Positions 61,478 to 64,000 of a DNA stretch of 64,000 nt are shown here, piece by piece. The notes under the pieces are model-generated. The model had not been told where the DNA came from. It saw only the letters and a program-made list of their open reading frames with translations, and ran no database searches. The translations under genes were made by a program, and so were the position numbers. The DNA is from an uncultured Candidatus Binatia bacterium (GTDB lineage: Bacteria > Desulfobacterota > Binatia > Bin18), in the NCBI GenBank assembly GCA_965200965.1, contig OZ241744.1, positions 672,001 through 736,000 of the forward strand, in the 5' to 3' direction. Every line of letters begins with the position of its first letter. The stretch's first letter is position 1.

Positions 61478-61894
61478 ATGGCCGACTACACCAGACCGAG
61501 GCCGGCGGTCTCTTCGCTCAACCGGCCCTACTGGGAGGGCCTCAGGCAGCACCGGTTTGTCATGCCGCAATGTAGGGACTGTGGCAAAACCTGGTATCCG
61601 CCGACCCCGTTCTGTCCGGCCTGTTGGTCGCGGAGTTTTGCCTGGCAGGAGCTGAGCGGCCGTGGCCGGGTCAATTCCTGGGTCGTGTTTCATCGAGCCT
61701 ATTTTTCGTCGTTCGAGGACGCCGTTCCGTATAACGTCGCCGAGGTCGAGCTTGAGGATGGCCCACGGCTGCTGACCAATCTGGTCGAGGTGGACAACAC
61801 CGCTATTCGGATCGGCATGAGGGTCGAGATTCACTTTGACGATGTGAGCGACGACATCACGCTGGCCAAGTTCAGGCCGCTCAAGGGCGGCTGA
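61478..61894 (+). CDS. DUF35 Zn-ribbon/OB-fold protein
   Basis: CRDC...CPAC, VELEDGPR. Confidence 0.9.
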   Translation: MADYTRPRPAVSSLNRPYWEGLRQHRFVMPQCRDCGKTWYPPTPFCPACWSRSFAWQELSGRGRVNSWVVFHRAYFSSFEDAVPYNVAEVELEDGPRLLTNLVEVDNTAIRIGMRVEIHFDDVSDDITLAKFRPLKGG

Positions 61895-61907
61895 TGGGGA
61901 GGTAAAG

Positions 61908-63059
61908 ATGCCAGGCATTCTTGACGGTATTCGCATCTTTGATCTGAGCATTGCCGCGGTTGGCCCGTGGGCGGCCAAGCTGTTGGGCGAGTTGGGGGCC
62001 GATGTCATCAAGGTCGAAGCCCCGGGCGGGGAACTCTCGCACTCTATTCCGCCGCCGATCAAGGGTTCGGCGGTGCTCTATATCTCGGCCAATTTCAACA
62101 AGCGCCACATTGTCCTTGACCTCAAGCAGGAGGCTGACCGGGCGATTGCGCTGCAAATCATTGAAAAGAGCGATGTGTTCATCCAGAACATGCGGCCCGG
62201 AGCGATTGAGCGCCTCGGCCTTGGCTACGATGTGGTCTCGCCCATCAACCCGACGCTGATCTATGTCTCGGCTTCGGCCTACGGCAGCACCGGCCCGATG
62301 GCCAAAGAAGCCGGGGTTGACCCGACCGTCCAGGCGTTTTCCGGCTGGTGCAGCATCACCGGCCCCGCCGGCTCGCAGGGCGAGATGTTCCGGCATTTTG
62401 CCCATCTCGATATCAATACCAGCGCGATGATTGTCGAGGCGGTATTGCAAGCCCTGCTGGCCCGGGAGAAGACCGGCCGGGGACAGCATATTGAGATGGA
62501 GATGGTGTCGGCGGCCCTGTCGCTCCAAACCAGCCGCCTGGCCGAATATTTCGCCACCAGGCAACAGCCCCGGCCAATGGGCAGTGCGGTGACAACAACC
62601 GTCCCCCACCAAGCCTTTGGGTGCGAGGATCAGAAATATATTGCGGTCGGGGTGGTCAGCGAAGACCAGTGGCCACGCTTCTGCCGGGCGATCAAGGCCG
62701 AAGAACTGCGTAACGATCCGCGTTTTGCCACCAACCCCAAGCGGGTCAAGCACCGGCAAGCGCTGATCCCCATTCTCGAAGAACGTTTTCGGACCAAACC
62801 GGTCGCCTGGTGGGTAATTCGGCTGACCAAAGAGCGGGTGCCGAACAGCCGCATTCAGGACTTTGAGGCACTCCGCTATCACCCTCAGGTGCTGGAAAAC
62901 GAGCACATCGTCGATATGGACAGCCCCCACTGGGGCACCCTCAGCGTTGACGGCCTGCCGTGGAAGTTCAGCCACACCCCGGCCGGTCCGGTTCGACCCG
63001 GTGGGCTCAAGGGCGAGCATACCCGGGAAGTGCTGCGCGAGTTCGGCCTTGGAGACTAG
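61908..63059 (+). CDS. CaiB/BaiF family III CoA-transferase
   Basis: [19 protein letters not shown]. Confidence 0.9.
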   Translation: MPGILDGIRIFDLSIAAVGPWAAKLLGELGADVIKVEAPGGELSHSIPPPIKGSAVLYISANFNKRHIVLDLKQEADRAIALQIIEKSDVFIQNMRPGAIERLGLGYDVVSPINPTLIYVSASAYGSTGPMAKEAGVDPTVQAFSGWCSITGPAGSQGEMFRHFAHLDINTSAMIVEAVLQALLAREKTGRGQHIEMEMVSAALSLQTSRLAEYFATRQQPRPMGSAVTTTVPHQAFGCEDQKYIAVGVVSEDQWPRFCRAIKAEELRNDPRFATNPKRVKHRQALIPILEERFRTKPVAWWVIRLTKERVPNSRIQDFEALRYHPQVLENEHIVDMDSPHWGTLSVDGLPWKFSHTPAGPVRPGGLKGEHTREVLREFGLGD

Positions 63060-63064
63060 AGCGC

Positions 63065-64000
63065 ATGTCTGGCGCACTGTCCGGCTATCGCATTGTTGAC
63101 CTGACCCAGGGCTTGTGCGGCCCGTTTGGCGCGATGCGGCTGGGGGACGCCGGGGCCGAGGTCATCAAGCTGGAGCCGCTCGGCGGGGATGCGTCACGGG
63201 TCATGGGCCCGCCGTTCATAGGCCGGGACAGCGCCGTTTTTCTGAGTCTCAACCGCAATAAAAAAAGTCTGGCCCTCGATATCTGGACGGACGAGGGCCA
63301 GGAGATTGTGCGGCGGCTAGCAACGCAGGCGGATGTCGTGCTTGAGGACCTGGACCCGGACGAGGTGGAAAAGCTGGGGCTTGGCTACGCTGCCCTGCGG
63401 GTGCTCAACCCCCGGCTGGTCTACTGCGCGGTCAGCGCCTTTGGTGAAAAAGGGCCGCTGCGCACGCTGCCCGGGGCCGAGCTGGTGATTCAGGCTATGG
63501 CCGACTACACCAACTCGCTGGGCCGGATTGGCGAGCCGCCGGTGCGTTTGGGGACGGATGTGGCCAGCCTCAGCACCGGCGTGTTTATCTCTCAGGCGGT
63601 CACGGCCGGGCTGTTCCACCGGGTGCGCACAGGCCAGGGCCAGCGCGTCTCGGTCAGCATGTTGGGCACGCTGCTGCACATGCGGGGCATTCTGTGGACC
63701 TCCATGACCAACCCGGACGACTGGTACGGCTTCCATCTTGACAACTACACCAAACCGCCCGACGAGGGCTATAAGACCAAAGACGGCCAAGTCTTTTTCA
63801 GCCTGCGGCGGGGCAGCAGCGAAGACTGGGACCGGCTGCTGATTGCGCTCGGCATGGAGGACTGCCTGGCCGACCCCCGTTTTGACGACTTTGGGCGCGA
63901 AGCGACCGGGGTGGGCCGCTATGTAGCCGAGGTCAAGCCGCTCTGGGAGCGCGCCTTTGCCCAGCGCAGCAACGCCGAAATCGTCCGGCTCATTCACGAG
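63065..64000 (+). CDS. CaiB/BaiF CoA-transferase, partial
   Basis: MSGALSGYRIVDLTQG...GAEVIKLEP...NRNKKS; open to the window end. Confidence 0.85.
   Translation, partial: MSGALSGYRIVDLTQGLCGPFGAMRLGDAGAEVIKLEPLGGDASRVMGPPFIGRDSAVFLSLNRNKKSLALDIWTDEGQEIVRRLATQADVVLEDLDPDEVEKLGLGYAALRVLNPRLVYCAVSAFGEKGPLRTLPGAELVIQAMADYTNSLGRIGEPPVRLGTDVASLSTGVFISQAVTAGLFHRVRTGQGQRVSVSMLGTLLHMRGILWTSMTNPDDWYGFHLDNYTKPPDEGYKTKDGQVFFSLRRGSSEDWDRLLIALGMEDCLADPRFDDFGREATGVGRYVAEVKPLWERAFAQRSNAEIVRLIHE

Overview
High-GC bacterial window whose gene content (many luciferase-like monooxygenases, CoA-transferases and thiolases) suggests a deltaproteobacterium/Binatia-like lineage; this is an inference. The centrepiece is a type V-C CRISPR-Cas locus at 6.5-12.1 kb. 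It has an array of 25-nt repeats with 18-nt spacers, a solo cas1 (no cas2 or cas4), a recognisable tracr/scoutRNA and an approximately 1260-codon cas12c. Both cas genes are broken: cas1 has an in-frame TAG, and cas12c has two frameshifts and no clear start codon. The array is intact, and its degenerate last repeat overlaps the hisH ribosome-binding site and start codon, so hisH-hisA may be transcribed through the array. The his operon is split: rpmE2-prfA-prmC-murA-hisD-hisB at 44.5-50.1 kb and hisH-hisA 38 kb away. Also present are a fused trpE(G) with a WWW leader-peptide attenuator, a decaying quinohemoprotein amine dehydrogenase (qhpD/C/B) cluster joined to a herA-nurA remnant, an AlbA_2 gene flanked by an 18-bp direct repeat next to an orphan DNA methyltransferase, and about 15 accessory pseudogenes beside intact core genes. 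All family assignments come from motif recognition; no searches were run.
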